DNA of 64,000 nt from an uncultured bacterium (lineage in GTDB: Bacteria > Planctomycetota > UBA1135 > GCA-002686595). This document shows positions 8,439 through 17,444 of this stretch, one piece after another. Each line of letters opens with the position of its first letter. Position 1 is the first letter of the stretch. The translations under genes were made by a program, and so were the position numbers. The stretch is taken from the NCBI GenBank assembly GCA_943787795.1, contig CALSNU010000004.1, forward strand, positions 224,001 through 288,000. The letters run 5' to 3'. The notes beneath the pieces are model-generated. The model was not told the origin of the DNA and searched no databases. It saw only the letters and a program-made list of their open reading frames with translations.

Positions 8439-10211
8439 TCAACCGTCTGTGGACGCAGATCCGGAGACGGCCTCCAGCATCTCCTCCCCGAACCGCTCCC
8501 GCACCTCGTCCAGCCGCGCCCGGACGTCCTCTATGGTGGCTGCAGCGCGCACAGACTCAGCCAGAGCCCGGGCATCCTCCATCGTCGTGCGCCGGACGGC
8601 GAACTTCAGGACCGCCAGGAAATTGGGGGCGACGCTGAGCGAGTCGAAGCCCATCCCGGCCAGCATCACGGCCACGGCCTCGTCTCCGGCCATCTCGCCG
8701 CAAACACAGGCGCTCTTCCCCGAGCGACGCACGGCGTCGCCGATCGCTCCCAGCGCCCGGATCACCGCCGGGTGGCAGGGCTCGTAGAGGCTGGAGACGA
8801 AGACGTTGTCCCGATCGACCGCGAGGAGGTACTGGACCAGGTCGTTGGTTCCCACGCTGACGAAGTCCACGAGGTCCAGAACCTCGTCGAGGACCCAGAG
8901 CATGGACGGGATCTCGATCATCACCCCGACGGGGATGTCCGGTGCAACGTCGTAGCCCTGGGCGCTGAGCTGCTGCCGAGTCTCATCGAAGATGGCGCGC
9001 ACGGCTCGAATCTCCTCGAGAGAGGTGATCATCGGGAGCAGAACACGGACCTCGCCGTGCAGGCTCGCCCTCATGATCGCGCGCAGCTGAACCCTCAGGA
9101 GATCCTGCCACTCGAGGGTGATCCGGGTGCCTCTCCAGCCGAGCGCCGGGTTGTTCTCCCGCGGCGTCTTGAAGTACGGCAGCTGCTTGTCCCCTCCGAT
9201 GTCGAGGGTGCGGATCACGACGTACCGGTCGGCCATCGCGTCGACCATCCGACGATAGAGCCGGTACTGCTCCTCCTCGGAGGGGAAGACGGTCCGCTCC
9301 ATGTAGAGGAACTCAGTGCGCAGCAGGCCGACGCCGTCGCAGCGTCGATGCTCGAACATCTCGAGGTCACGCACCGACTCGAGATTCACCAGCACAGAGA
9401 CCGTCTCTCCGTCCAGGGTGACCGCGGGCTCGGTCGCATGCAGCGCGAGCGCCGCCTCCCGCACGGACCGCTGCGCGAGGCGAAGCTCGAATTCGCTCTC
9501 CGAGGCCTCGTCCGGGGCGAGCGTCACGGCGCCGTTGTCCCCGTCCACGAGCACCGGCATGTTCTGCTCGAGTCTGGCGAGCAGGTTAGGGATACCCACA
9601 ACACAGGGGATGCCGAACGAGCGGGCCAGCACGGCGCCATGGGAGAACCGGCCGCCAGCCTCGGTCACCACGGCGATGACGCGATGGCGAGGGAGGAAGG
9701 TCACCGCCTCCGGGGTCAGCTCCGCCGCCGCGATCACGACCCGCCCCTCCGCCTGGGTGATCGTCTCCTGGTCCGAACGCATCAGCGCCGCGATGACGGC
9801 GTGCCATGGTTCGCTGATGTCGGCGGCGTACCCCCGAACGGAGTCGCCCTCGAGCCGGCCCATCGTCTCCTTCAGACGATCGACCAGGCGCTCCACCGCG
9901 GCCTCCGCGTTGATGCGCTCCTCCCGAATCGTCCGGTCGACCTGCTCCCGTGCGCCTGGATCCTGGAGGATCATCTGGTGGACTCCGAGAATGCCCGCGT
10001 CCTGCTCCCCCACGGCCTTGGCGACCTCGGCCTGGCGCACCCCGAGGACGTCGATCACCCTGGAGATCGCGTCGTTCAGTCGCTTGACCTCCGCGTCGAT
10101 CTCGCCTGAACGCAGGGTCCAGATCGGCGCAGCGTCCAGCCTCGCGCGGACGACGTGGACGGGTCCGAGGCCCAGGCCCGGGGAAACAGAGAGTCCTTGA
10201 ATGAGAGCCAT
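8439..10211 (-). CDS. ptsI: Phosphoenolpyruvate-protein phosphotransferase (PTS enzyme I)
   Basis: GGRFSHGAVLARSFGIP (phospho-His), GVGLLRTEFLY, RTLDIGGDK, SVGTNDLVQY, CVCGEMAG. Confidence 0.93.
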   Translation of the reverse strand: MALIQGLSVSPGLGLGPVHVVRARLDAAPIWTLRSGEIDAEVKRLNDAISRVIDVLGVRQAEVAKAVGEQDAGILGVHQMILQDPGAREQVDRTIREERINAEAAVERLVDRLKETMGRLEGDSVRGYAADISEPWHAVIAALMRSDQETITQAEGRVVIAAAELTPEAVTFLPRHRVIAVVTEAGGRFSHGAVLARSFGIPCVVGIPNLLARLEQNMPVLVDGDNGAVTLAPDEASESEFELRLAQRSVREAALALHATEPAVTLDGETVSVLVNLESVRDLEMFEHRRCDGVGLLRTEFLYMERTVFPSEEEQYRLYRRMVDAMADRYVVIRTLDIGGDKQLPYFKTPRENNPALGWRGTRITLEWQDLLRVQLRAIMRASLHGEVRVLLPMITSLEEIRAVRAIFDETRQQLSAQGYDVAPDIPVGVMIEIPSMLWVLDEVLDLVDFVSVGTNDLVQYLLAVDRDNVFVSSLYEPCHPAVIRALGAIGDAVRRSGKSACVCGEMAGDEAVAVMLAGMGFDSLSVAPNFLAVLKFAVRRTTMEDARALAESVRAAATIEDVRARLDEVRERFGEEMLEAVSGSASTDG

Positions 10212-10462
10212 GGCAGCTGGAATGAGCCCTCGCCCCCGACCAGCGGGGACCCTTCAAGGGCGGTTCTGGGGCCCATCTTACGCCCTTGATGACTCTATCG
10301 GTCGGAGATGGACCTCCGGTCGAGGGGACTCAGGAATGGGCCTTCCAAGAGGGCTCAAGAGGACCGCAGGAAGGTGTAAAGCTCTGCCGGAGAGAGAGTC
10401 GAACCCAGGGATGGCCCGACGTCCACCTCTGCGGCGTAGGACCACAGCTAGAGGATCAGCCC

Positions 10463-11443
10463 ATGCAGCGTCACGCTAACCAGAAGATCTCACCTCGCAC
10501 CGGATCCTCCATCCCGTACGGGAAGCCCAGCCGACCGAGCCTGATCGGTCGCTCGATCCCGGTGCTCTTTGGCACGTTCGGCGTGGCCCTGATCGCGGTC
10601 GCCGCGGTGACCGCCCTGGTCCCCCAGCTCCCGGCGGCATTCGCGCCAGTGCTCGATGGGCTGACCCGTGCGGGACTGGACAAAGGGCCCCTTGCGATGT
10701 TCGGCCTGCTCACCGTCGGCACGGCCTTCGGGATGCGCCGCCCGCAGCCCAAGGAGGCCGACGACACGCAACTCGAGGAGCTCCTCCAGCGCGAATTCCA
10801 GGCCATGGAAGCACACGTCCGGGACTCGGGAGCTGCGGTCGCGACGCTCCGTCAGGATCTCGCAGCCCTCCAGCATTCGATCGGAAGCGGCTTCGAGGCC
10901 GCTGAGGCCGCGGCAAGCACCAGCAAGGAAGCCAGCAACGATCGCATCTTCCGGCTCGCGGCCAGCCTTGATCAGCTCGGGGCCCAGGTCGACCGCCGAC
11001 TCGATGCGGCTCGCCAGGACCTCCGGTCCCTCATCACGAGCTCAGCGGAGAGTCAACGTGATGCGACCGAGCAGTTGATCGCCCAGATGATCAAGGACGC
11101 GCAGGAGCCCAAGGGTGAGGAGCCCCACACGGACGCCGAAGCAGCACGCGAGCCGATCTACGGCGGGAACCCGAAGGAGGCGATGGCCTCCTTCATGGAT
11201 GACCTCCGATCGCTCCCGCAAGACCTCATGGAAGATCCGGCGGAGCTCAACTCCATGGCCGAGGGGGAGCTCGCGATGGCCTCCGATGCGACCAACGAGC
11301 CGGCCGCCGCCCTGCCCGCGCCAGATCCGGCGGGTCCTGGCGAAGGCAACGACGACCGGTTCAGGCTCATCGACGAGATGGAGCAGAACACCGCGGAGCC
11401 CCACCCGCTCCGACCCGGAGAGGGGAACGTCGAGGGGAGCTGA
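10463..11443 (+). CDS. Hypothetical membrane protein (2 TM, coiled coil, acidic tail)
   Basis: Long ORF with typical codon usage; two hydrophobic segments, then a heptad-like region; start uncertain. Confidence 0.6.
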   Translation: MQRHANQKISPRTGSSIPYGKPSRPSLIGRSIPVLFGTFGVALIAVAAVTALVPQLPAAFAPVLDGLTRAGLDKGPLAMFGLLTVGTAFGMRRPQPKEADDTQLEELLQREFQAMEAHVRDSGAAVATLRQDLAALQHSIGSGFEAAEAAASTSKEASNDRIFRLAASLDQLGAQVDRRLDAARQDLRSLITSSAESQRDATEQLIAQMIKDAQEPKGEEPHTDAEAAREPIYGGNPKEAMASFMDDLRSLPQDLMEDPAELNSMAEGELAMASDATNEPAAALPAPDPAGPGEGNDDRFRLIDEMEQNTAEPHPLRPGEGNVEGS

Positions 11444-11510
11444 GCCCAACGGGGCGGAGCGCGCACGAGAGCGCGCTCGGTCCCGCCGAGCCGGCTGCGG
11501 GTCACCCCGC

Positions 11511-11542
11511 GCTGCTCACTCCTCGCTGCTCACTCCTCGCTG
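11511..11542. repeat. 14-bp tandem duplication (GCTGCTCACTCCTC x2) spanning the tex stop codon
   Basis: Read directly; the stop (TCA on +) is at 11530-11532. Confidence 0.85.
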
Positions 11543-14500
11543 GCCGAATCCGGGCTCTGGGCCTCCGGCGGCTGTGAGCCCTCCAACTGGGGATCGGGCA
11601 TCGGATCGCCGCTCTGCTCGAGACCCTTCTCGGGTCCCTTCTCAGGTCCTTTTTCCGGCCGCTTGCCCTTGGGGCCCTTCTTCTTCTTCGGCTGGGGCGC
11701 CTCCTTGGGCGGCCCGTCATCCTGCTTGAAGAATTGCGCGAAGGGGTTGTTGCTGAGCTTGTCCGGCTGAACATTGATCTTGCGAAGATCGACCCGCTCG
11801 CCGCGCTCGAAGCGACCTTCGTCGCGCCCGCCGCGACGCGGTCCCCCGCGCCGAGTCCCTCGCCTCGAGGACGTGGCGGCTCCAGCGGCACCGTCACGGC
11901 GCCAGATGCGCCCCGCCGGTCCCGTCGGCTGATCCGAGCCGCGCGCTCCACGGCCGCCTCCACGGCGGCGCGTTGCAGCACCCCGACGGCGAGCGCCGCG
12001 TTCGGGACGCTCCTCGTTCGGGACGTCCTTGAGCGAGAGCGCGAGGCGCGACGAGTTCCCGTCCACGATCTTCGCTCGGATGGTGGCGCCGATCGAGAGG
12101 AGCTCGCGGGCATCCCTGATGTAGCGAGACGCCAGCTGCGAGATGTGGATCATCGCGTCCTGCTTCTTGCCGACGTCGACGAATGCCCCGAAGCTCGCCA
12201 CGTTGGTGACCACCCCGGTGATCACGCGACCCGGCTGGAGCCGGATCGGATCCGTGGACTCCGAGATGTACTCGGGGACGTGGTTGCGACCGCGTGGGTC
12301 ACGGCCGGGGAAGCTCAGCTCGCGCATCAGGTCGCGCCAGGTGAACTCGTCCACATCGAACGACTGTCGGCGAAGCCCCTTGGTGGCTCCCGGTCGCCCG
12401 AGCGACTCCGAGACGGAGCCGCCGCTGCTCTCCAGGAGCTGCCGCGCGAGCTGATATTGCTCGGGGTGTAGCGAGGTCCGGTCGAGCGGATCGGAGGACC
12501 TGCGCATGCGCAGGAAGGCAGCGACGCTGGTCCACTGGGCCTCGTCCAAGACCCCCTCGGCGCGGATGGCTTCGCGGGACTCGATGTCGCCGGCATCGCG
12601 GCGATCCGCGAGGCGCTTGGCGGACTCCTCATCCAGCCCGGGCAGGTGCTCGATGATCGAGCGCGGCGCCGTGTCGAAGTCGCAGCCCACGAAGGCCACC
12701 GCCGACTCCACGGCGTCCTGGAGGGTCCGGCGCAGGTTGGCCTTGCTCACCAGCCGCTGCTCGGCGCCGAGGCTGAGCTGCTTGGGATCGACTTTGAGGA
12801 ACTCCGCCATCGGGTCCTGCAGGCGTCGCCCCATGCTGATGGCGAGGCGCAGCCCCACGCTGCTCTCGGCGAGCTCTGCGCGAGCGCGGGTCCCGTTGGC
12901 GTAGCTGGTGGCACCAGCATCGTTGACTACCATCACCGGCGCCTGAGAGTTGGCGGCAGCCAGCGCCTCCCGGAGCCTGTGCCCGGCGGCGCGGGATGAC
13001 TTCCCGCTCCCCACCGCGATGGCCGCGGCCCCGTGCGATTCAATGGCGGCGGAGACCTCCGCGCCGATGGCCGCGGGCTCCTTCTCTCCGGTCTCGACCT
13101 TGACCTCGGCAGCAAGGTCTCCGTCGGCACCCAGGAAGGCGAGGGTCATGTCGCCCTTCGCGCTGACATCCAGTCCGGCCACGGGCACGCGACCGAAGAA
13201 CGGCGTGAGGAGGATCTGGCGCAGGTGTGCCCCGAGGAATCGCAGAGCCTCGGCGTCGCTCCGCTCCTTCAGCTCAAGCCTGATGTCCTCCTCGATGACG
13301 GGGAGGATTCGCTGAGCGAGGGCCTTGCGGGCGATGTCGTCCAGCAGCGGCTCGTACTCGGGGCGGGTGTGCTTGCCGAGGGCCGAACGCACGCGGCCGA
13401 CGACCTCCGAGGGATGAAGCTCGATAGAGGTCGAGATGACACGCTCGCTCTGAGCCTGTCGGATCGCGGTGAGGCGGTGCCCCTGAAGCTGACGAAGTGG
13501 CGTCTTGAGCTTGAGCAGGTTCTTGTGACGCCCAGCCTTCTTGTCGTCCACGAGCGCCCGGGCGCGCAGGACGCCCTTCTTGCGCATGATCCGGCGCACC
13601 GTGTCACGCAGGCGAGAGTCACGGCCGAGCCGATCAGAGAGGATCCGAACGGCGCCAGCGAGCGCCTCGGTCTCGGTGTGCACGCCCTTGTCGGGGTTGA
13701 CGAACGGCTCGCAGAGTTTCGAGAGCTCGGCAGTGATCACCAGCGCCTCGGGCTGGGGCGAGGGGGCCGGAGCCGGGCTGGGCTTCGGACCGGGCTTTCG
13801 GTCCGCGGCTGCCGCAGCGCCAGCCTGGGAGCCGCCGTCCGTGACCGCGACATCGGCTTCACCCACGCCGGCTGCGGAGGCGGGCGCGGGATCTTCCGCA
13901 GGAGCACTGGCGGCGGGCGCGTCGTCCGCAGGCGCCTCTGCCACGGCGGGTTCAGCGGCAGCGGGCTCTTCTGCGGCGGGCTCTTCTGCGGCGGGCTCTT
14001 CTGCGGTGGGCTCTTCTGCAGCGGGCTCTTCTGCAGCGGGCTCTTGTGCGGTGGGCTCTTCTGCGGCGGGCTCTTGTGCGGTGGGCTCTTCTGCGGCGGG
14101 CTCTTGCGCGGTGGGCTCCGTCACTGCCCCGCCTTCCGGCTCGGCATCCTCGGGGGCATCGCTCCCCAGCTTGGCGTCGTGTCCGACCGTCGGAGGACGC
14201 TGATCGTCCTGGTCGACTTCGATGCTCGCGGAGTCTCCGGGTTCAGGCGCTTCGGCCGCGCCTTCCGGGCCCCCGTCAACGCTGTGATCGATGCTCGGCT
14301 CAGGCTCCACGACGGGCTCAGGCGCGTGCTCAGCGGTGGCCTCAGCGGTGGCCTCAGCAGTGGGCTCGGCGGCGGGCTCGGCGGCGGGTGACTCCGCGCC
14401 AGCGTCCGAAGCTTCGGAGGGAGCGGCGGAGGTCTCCTCGCCCTTCCCCTTCTTCGACCGGGGCGGCTTCTCTGAGGGCGGCCGCTCGGACTTGGGCGTC

Positions 14501-14895
14501 GGCGCTACCAGCAGGTCAGCCAGGCCGCCCAGGCCGCGGTCCATGGCGAGCTGGACCTCAGGCTCGGGTCGCCGGTGAGGGACATAGAGGTCCTCGAGGC
14601 GGAAGCGATCCATGCAGACCGTCACCTCCTCGATGGCCTTCGGGGAGATCCCCTCCACGCGCTCCATGGCTCGCAGGATCGTCCCGCGGCGCCGGTCGAG
14701 CTCGATGAGCTCCTCGCGCTGGAGAGACAGCCGCCGAACGTGCACCTCGGACATCGCGCCAGTTCGGGCCCGGCGGAACTTCCCGATGAAGGGTGCCGAG
14801 AGGCCGGCGTCCAGCATCTCGAAGGTGGCCTGGATGGACGGGACGTCGGTCGAGAACTCCTTCGCGAGAGCCTCGAGAATCGGTTGTGCTGTCAC
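11530..14895 (-). CDS. tex: Tex-family transcription accessory / RNA-binding protein with a long acidic low-complexity insertion
   Basis: Tex N-terminus (APFIGKFRRARTGAM, LEDLYVP), GRRLQDPMAEFLKVDPK, HhH, LDRTSLHPEQY, C-terminal S1 (NVASFGAFVDVG). GTG start inferred. Confidence 0.85.
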   Translation of the reverse strand: MTAQPILEALAKEFSTDVPSIQATFEMLDAGLSAPFIGKFRRARTGAMSEVHVRRLSLQREELIELDRRRGTILRAMERVEGISPKAIEEVTVCMDRFRLEDLYVPHRRPEPEVQLAMDRGLGGLADLLVAPTPKSERPPSEKPPRSKKGKGEETSAAPSEASDAGAESPAAEPAAEPTAEATAEATAEHAPEPVVEPEPSIDHSVDGGPEGAAEAPEPGDSASIEVDQDDQRPPTVGHDAKLGSDAPEDAEPEGGAVTEPTAQEPAAEEPTAQEPAAEEPTAQEPAAEEPAAEEPTAEEPAAEEPAAEEPAAAEPAVAEAPADDAPAASAPAEDPAPASAAGVGEADVAVTDGGSQAGAAAAADRKPGPKPSPAPAPSPQPEALVITAELSKLCEPFVNPDKGVHTETEALAGAVRILSDRLGRDSRLRDTVRRIMRKKGVLRARALVDDKKAGRHKNLLKLKTPLRQLQGHRLTAIRQAQSERVISTSIELHPSEVVGRVRSALGKHTRPEYEPLLDDIARKALAQRILPVIEEDIRLELKERSDAEALRFLGAHLRQILLTPFFGRVPVAGLDVSAKGDMTLAFLGADGDLAAEVKVETGEKEPAAIGAEVSAAIESHGAAAIAVGSGKSSRAAGHRLREALAAANSQAPVMVVNDAGATSYANGTRARAELAESSVGLRLAISMGRRLQDPMAEFLKVDPKQLSLGAEQRLVSKANLRRTLQDAVESAVAFVGCDFDTAPRSIIEHLPGLDEESAKRLADRRDAGDIESREAIRAEGVLDEAQWTSVAAFLRMRRSSDPLDRTSLHPEQYQLARQLLESSGGSVSESLGRPGATKGLRRQSFDVDEFTWRDLMRELSFPGRDPRGRNHVPEYISESTDPIRLQPGRVITGVVTNVASFGAFVDVGKKQDAMIHISQLASRYIRDARELLSIGATIRAKIVDGNSSRLALSLKDVPNEERPERGARRRGAATRRRGGGRGARGSDQPTGPAGRIWRRDGAAGAATSSRRGTRRGGPRRGGRDEGRFERGERVDLRKINVQPDKLSNNPFAQFFKQDDGPPKEAPQPKKKKGPKGKRPEKGPEKGPEKGLEQSGDPMPDPQLEGSQPPEAQSPDSASEE
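13961..14110. repeat. About 10 x 15-bp coding tandem repeat (EP[A/T]A[E/Q]) inside tex
   Basis: GCGGGCTCTTCTGCG-type units read directly. Confidence 0.9.
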
Positions 14896-15185
14896 GCGAC
14901 TTGGGGGGGCTGGCAGCGATTCGGTCGGACCGAGATCGCGCAGGCTGGGCGGCCGGACTTGGGGGCGTGCAGGCCGCACTCGGATAATGGCAGCGGTCGA
15001 CCCGCGAGGCTCAGTGGAGCCTCGTACGCGGTCGCTCGCTCAGGTCACGGCGCCCCTTGTTGGACCCCGTGTGCAGGAAGAGATATCACAAACCCGGGAC
15101 CGCATGGGGCCCGCAGGACTCACCGCGTGCGAATTGCCGTTCGCACCCCCTCCTGGGGAGGCATCCGGGCTAAGTGGAAACCCGT

Positions 15186-16211
15186 TCAGGCCGGCAGTTC
15201 GAAGACTGAAACCCGGGTCTCCTCCGCGAGCAGCCCCGCGCCGTCGACGACCTGGAACGCGACCTTCTCGTCGAGGCCCGGCACGGTCCAACTCCCGAGG
15301 GTTCGCCCCGAGAGACCGTCCACGGCTTCAAGGTGGGCCTGCCGCTCCAGGTAGAACTTCGAGCTGTCCGCGGTGACCGAGACCTCGGGGAGGTCGTCCA
15401 CCGGCCGCGTCTCCAGGATGCGATACCAGAGGGGCTCCTCCCCCGCCGAGGCGTCCGCCCGCAACGCTGCGATGCTCAGCGTGTCGCGGGGCCCCTCGTC
15501 GGGGTGAGAGGCCAGCTGCAGCATGAAGTCCATGCGGTTGTCGTCACCGAGGAGGAATTCGAGCTCACAGGTCACGATCGCCACAGCGGCGCCCGCGGCC
15601 GCGATCCCTCGGATCAGCGGCATGACCGGCTGGAGCAGGTAACCCTCGAAGCTCCCGCTCTTCGCGTTGAGCCGGACGACGCCGTACTTGCCCGACTCCG
15701 TACTGGAGATGATCACGTAGACGTGGGCTCCGCTCAGCGCGAGCCCGTGATACCGCTCTCCCTCCCGGCCGTAGCGCCAGCTCTCCTGGAGGTCGAGGGT
15801 GTCGAGGCCCCAGACGGACCTGGCGTTGGCGCAGACCACCACCTCGGAGTGGACCACGGCGTCGTCGAAGGGCTCGATGTCGTTGGATTCGAGGAGCTCC
15901 CCGTCCGCCATCGCCATGCGCACCATCCGGTGCCCGCCCTGGCTCGGCCCCAGCACGATGACCTGGCCCTTCTGACCGAGGCCCGCGCCGAAGCCGCGCC
16001 CATAACCGACCTCACAGGGGGCGATCCACAGTCGCTCTCCGGTGCTCCGGTCGAAGGCCCCGAGCTTGCCGGGGATGACGTCGTCAATCCACTTGCCACC
16101 CGCCGGCGGATCGTAGCCGTGGAGCAGCACGGGACCGGTCGAGGCGAAGGCAATGCCATCCACCTCGGAATCAAGCTCTCGGCTCCAGCGTCTCTTGGCC
16201 GTGGTCGTCAT
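15186..16211 (-). CDS. PQQ-like beta-propeller repeat protein
   Basis: LGAFDRSTGERLW, VWGLDTLDLQESW, LEAVDGLSGRTLGSW blades; TAGACT box 7 nt upstream of ATG. Confidence 0.6.
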   Translation of the reverse strand: MTTTAKRRWSRELDSEVDGIAFASTGPVLLHGYDPPAGGKWIDDVIPGKLGAFDRSTGERLWIAPCEVGYGRGFGAGLGQKGQVIVLGPSQGGHRMVRMAMADGELLESNDIEPFDDAVVHSEVVVCANARSVWGLDTLDLQESWRYGREGERYHGLALSGAHVYVIISSTESGKYGVVRLNAKSGSFEGYLLQPVMPLIRGIAAAGAAVAIVTCELEFLLGDDNRMDFMLQLASHPDEGPRDTLSIAALRADASAGEEPLWYRILETRPVDDLPEVSVTADSSKFYLERQAHLEAVDGLSGRTLGSWTVPGLDEKVAFQVVDGAGLLAEETRVSVFELPA

Positions 16212-16358
16212 GGCGGAGAGTCTACCCCGGACGCGCTGGAACACCGCGCGCCCGGAGCAATGAGCGGCACGTTTGAGCGGAGCGCGTGGCCCGCTCCCCC
16301 CGTAGAACGAACGACGAGACCTCGAAACCGCCGGCGGCTTCCGCTACACCCTCGTCCC

Positions 16359-17060
16359 ATGGGCACGAGGAACGAGCGCGCGACCGAGGATCCAGAGCGC
16401 CGGGTCGAGGATCCCGACGGGCACCTGGCAGAGATCCCGGCAGGCTGGGCCCTGCTCGCCCCCGGCGACCCCGCGGCCACGCGCCGGGTCAAGGCCGCGG
16501 GCGATCACCGCGTCATGAGCACCCGCAAGGGGCGCCGACGGATCAGCCTTGGCGTTTGGGCTCCCCCGGCCACGATCGAGCGCGTGCAGGAGGACCTCGA
16601 GAGCGAGCGCGCCGACCCGTCCTATCAGCGGCGACTGGACGCTGGCCGTGCCCGCCGCGCCCGGGAGCAGGCCGCCTATGAGCAGGAGTTCCTCGCCGAG
16701 GTCCTGGCCTTCCTGGACTTCGCCGACGCCCATGAGCGCCTGGCGGCGAAGGTTGCGGCGGCCATCACACGCCACGCCGTGCCCGTGGGGAGCGGAACCG
16801 TGGCGCGGACGCAGCGCATCGCCGTCGACCGGCGCGCCGAGGCCGCCACCATCGCCTGGCTGCGCCACCAAACGACGGCCTATGACCAGATGAAGATCGC
16901 CCGCGTCCGTGGCCGGCGCCGAGAGGTCCGCCGGGAGCTCGCCCGGCACTCCCGAGCCCTGCTGGACCGGTACCGCAGGGGCGAGACCGTGAGCGGAGGC
17001 CGTTGCGTCCTCCAGCAGGCCCTCTCGGCGCGCCCCGCGACGGATGACACCACCACCTAG
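16359..17060 (+). CDS. DUF2293 domain protein
   Basis: PAGWALLAPGDPAATRRVKAAG, GVWAP, HAVPVGSGTVART, AATIAWLRHQTTAYD. Confidence 0.8.
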   Translation: MGTRNERATEDPERRVEDPDGHLAEIPAGWALLAPGDPAATRRVKAAGDHRVMSTRKGRRRISLGVWAPPATIERVQEDLESERADPSYQRRLDAGRARRAREQAAYEQEFLAEVLAFLDFADAHERLAAKVAAAITRHAVPVGSGTVARTQRIAVDRRAEAATIAWLRHQTTAYDQMKIARVRGRRREVRRELARHSRALLDRYRRGETVSGGRCVLQQALSARPATDDTTT

Positions 17061-17182
17061 GCCCCGCCGCCCAGGCACACATCACCAAGGCCCCCCCGCT
17101 GGGCACCAGCCGCAAGGCACCACCCGCAAGGCACCACCGCTTGGGCCTGCGCCGCTGAGGGCGCGCTCGTTCGGGCAACGCC

Positions 17183-17230
17183 GCAGAGGAGCCGAACTGC
17201 AGAGGAGCCGAGCTGCAGAGGAGCCGAGCC
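17183..17230. repeat. 3 x 16-bp intergenic tandem repeat (GCAGAGGAGCCGARCY)
   Basis: Read directly. Confidence 0.85.
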
Positions 17231-17444
17231 GCAAAGAGGCTAGGGTCGCGGTGGAGCCGGGCTGAGGCGGAGCAGATTCCCAGAGGAGGCTCCCCCCAAG
17301 GGGTAAGCGTTTCCCCTCAACCGTCCCAACCTGGCGACAGAACCACCGCCCCACGGCGTAGTTCTCCGCGGCCGGTGGTGACTCAACTCCCATCGCCCAA
17401 CTAGGCTCAAGTCGGGCCCCTCTTGGGCCTCCGATCCGTTGACC

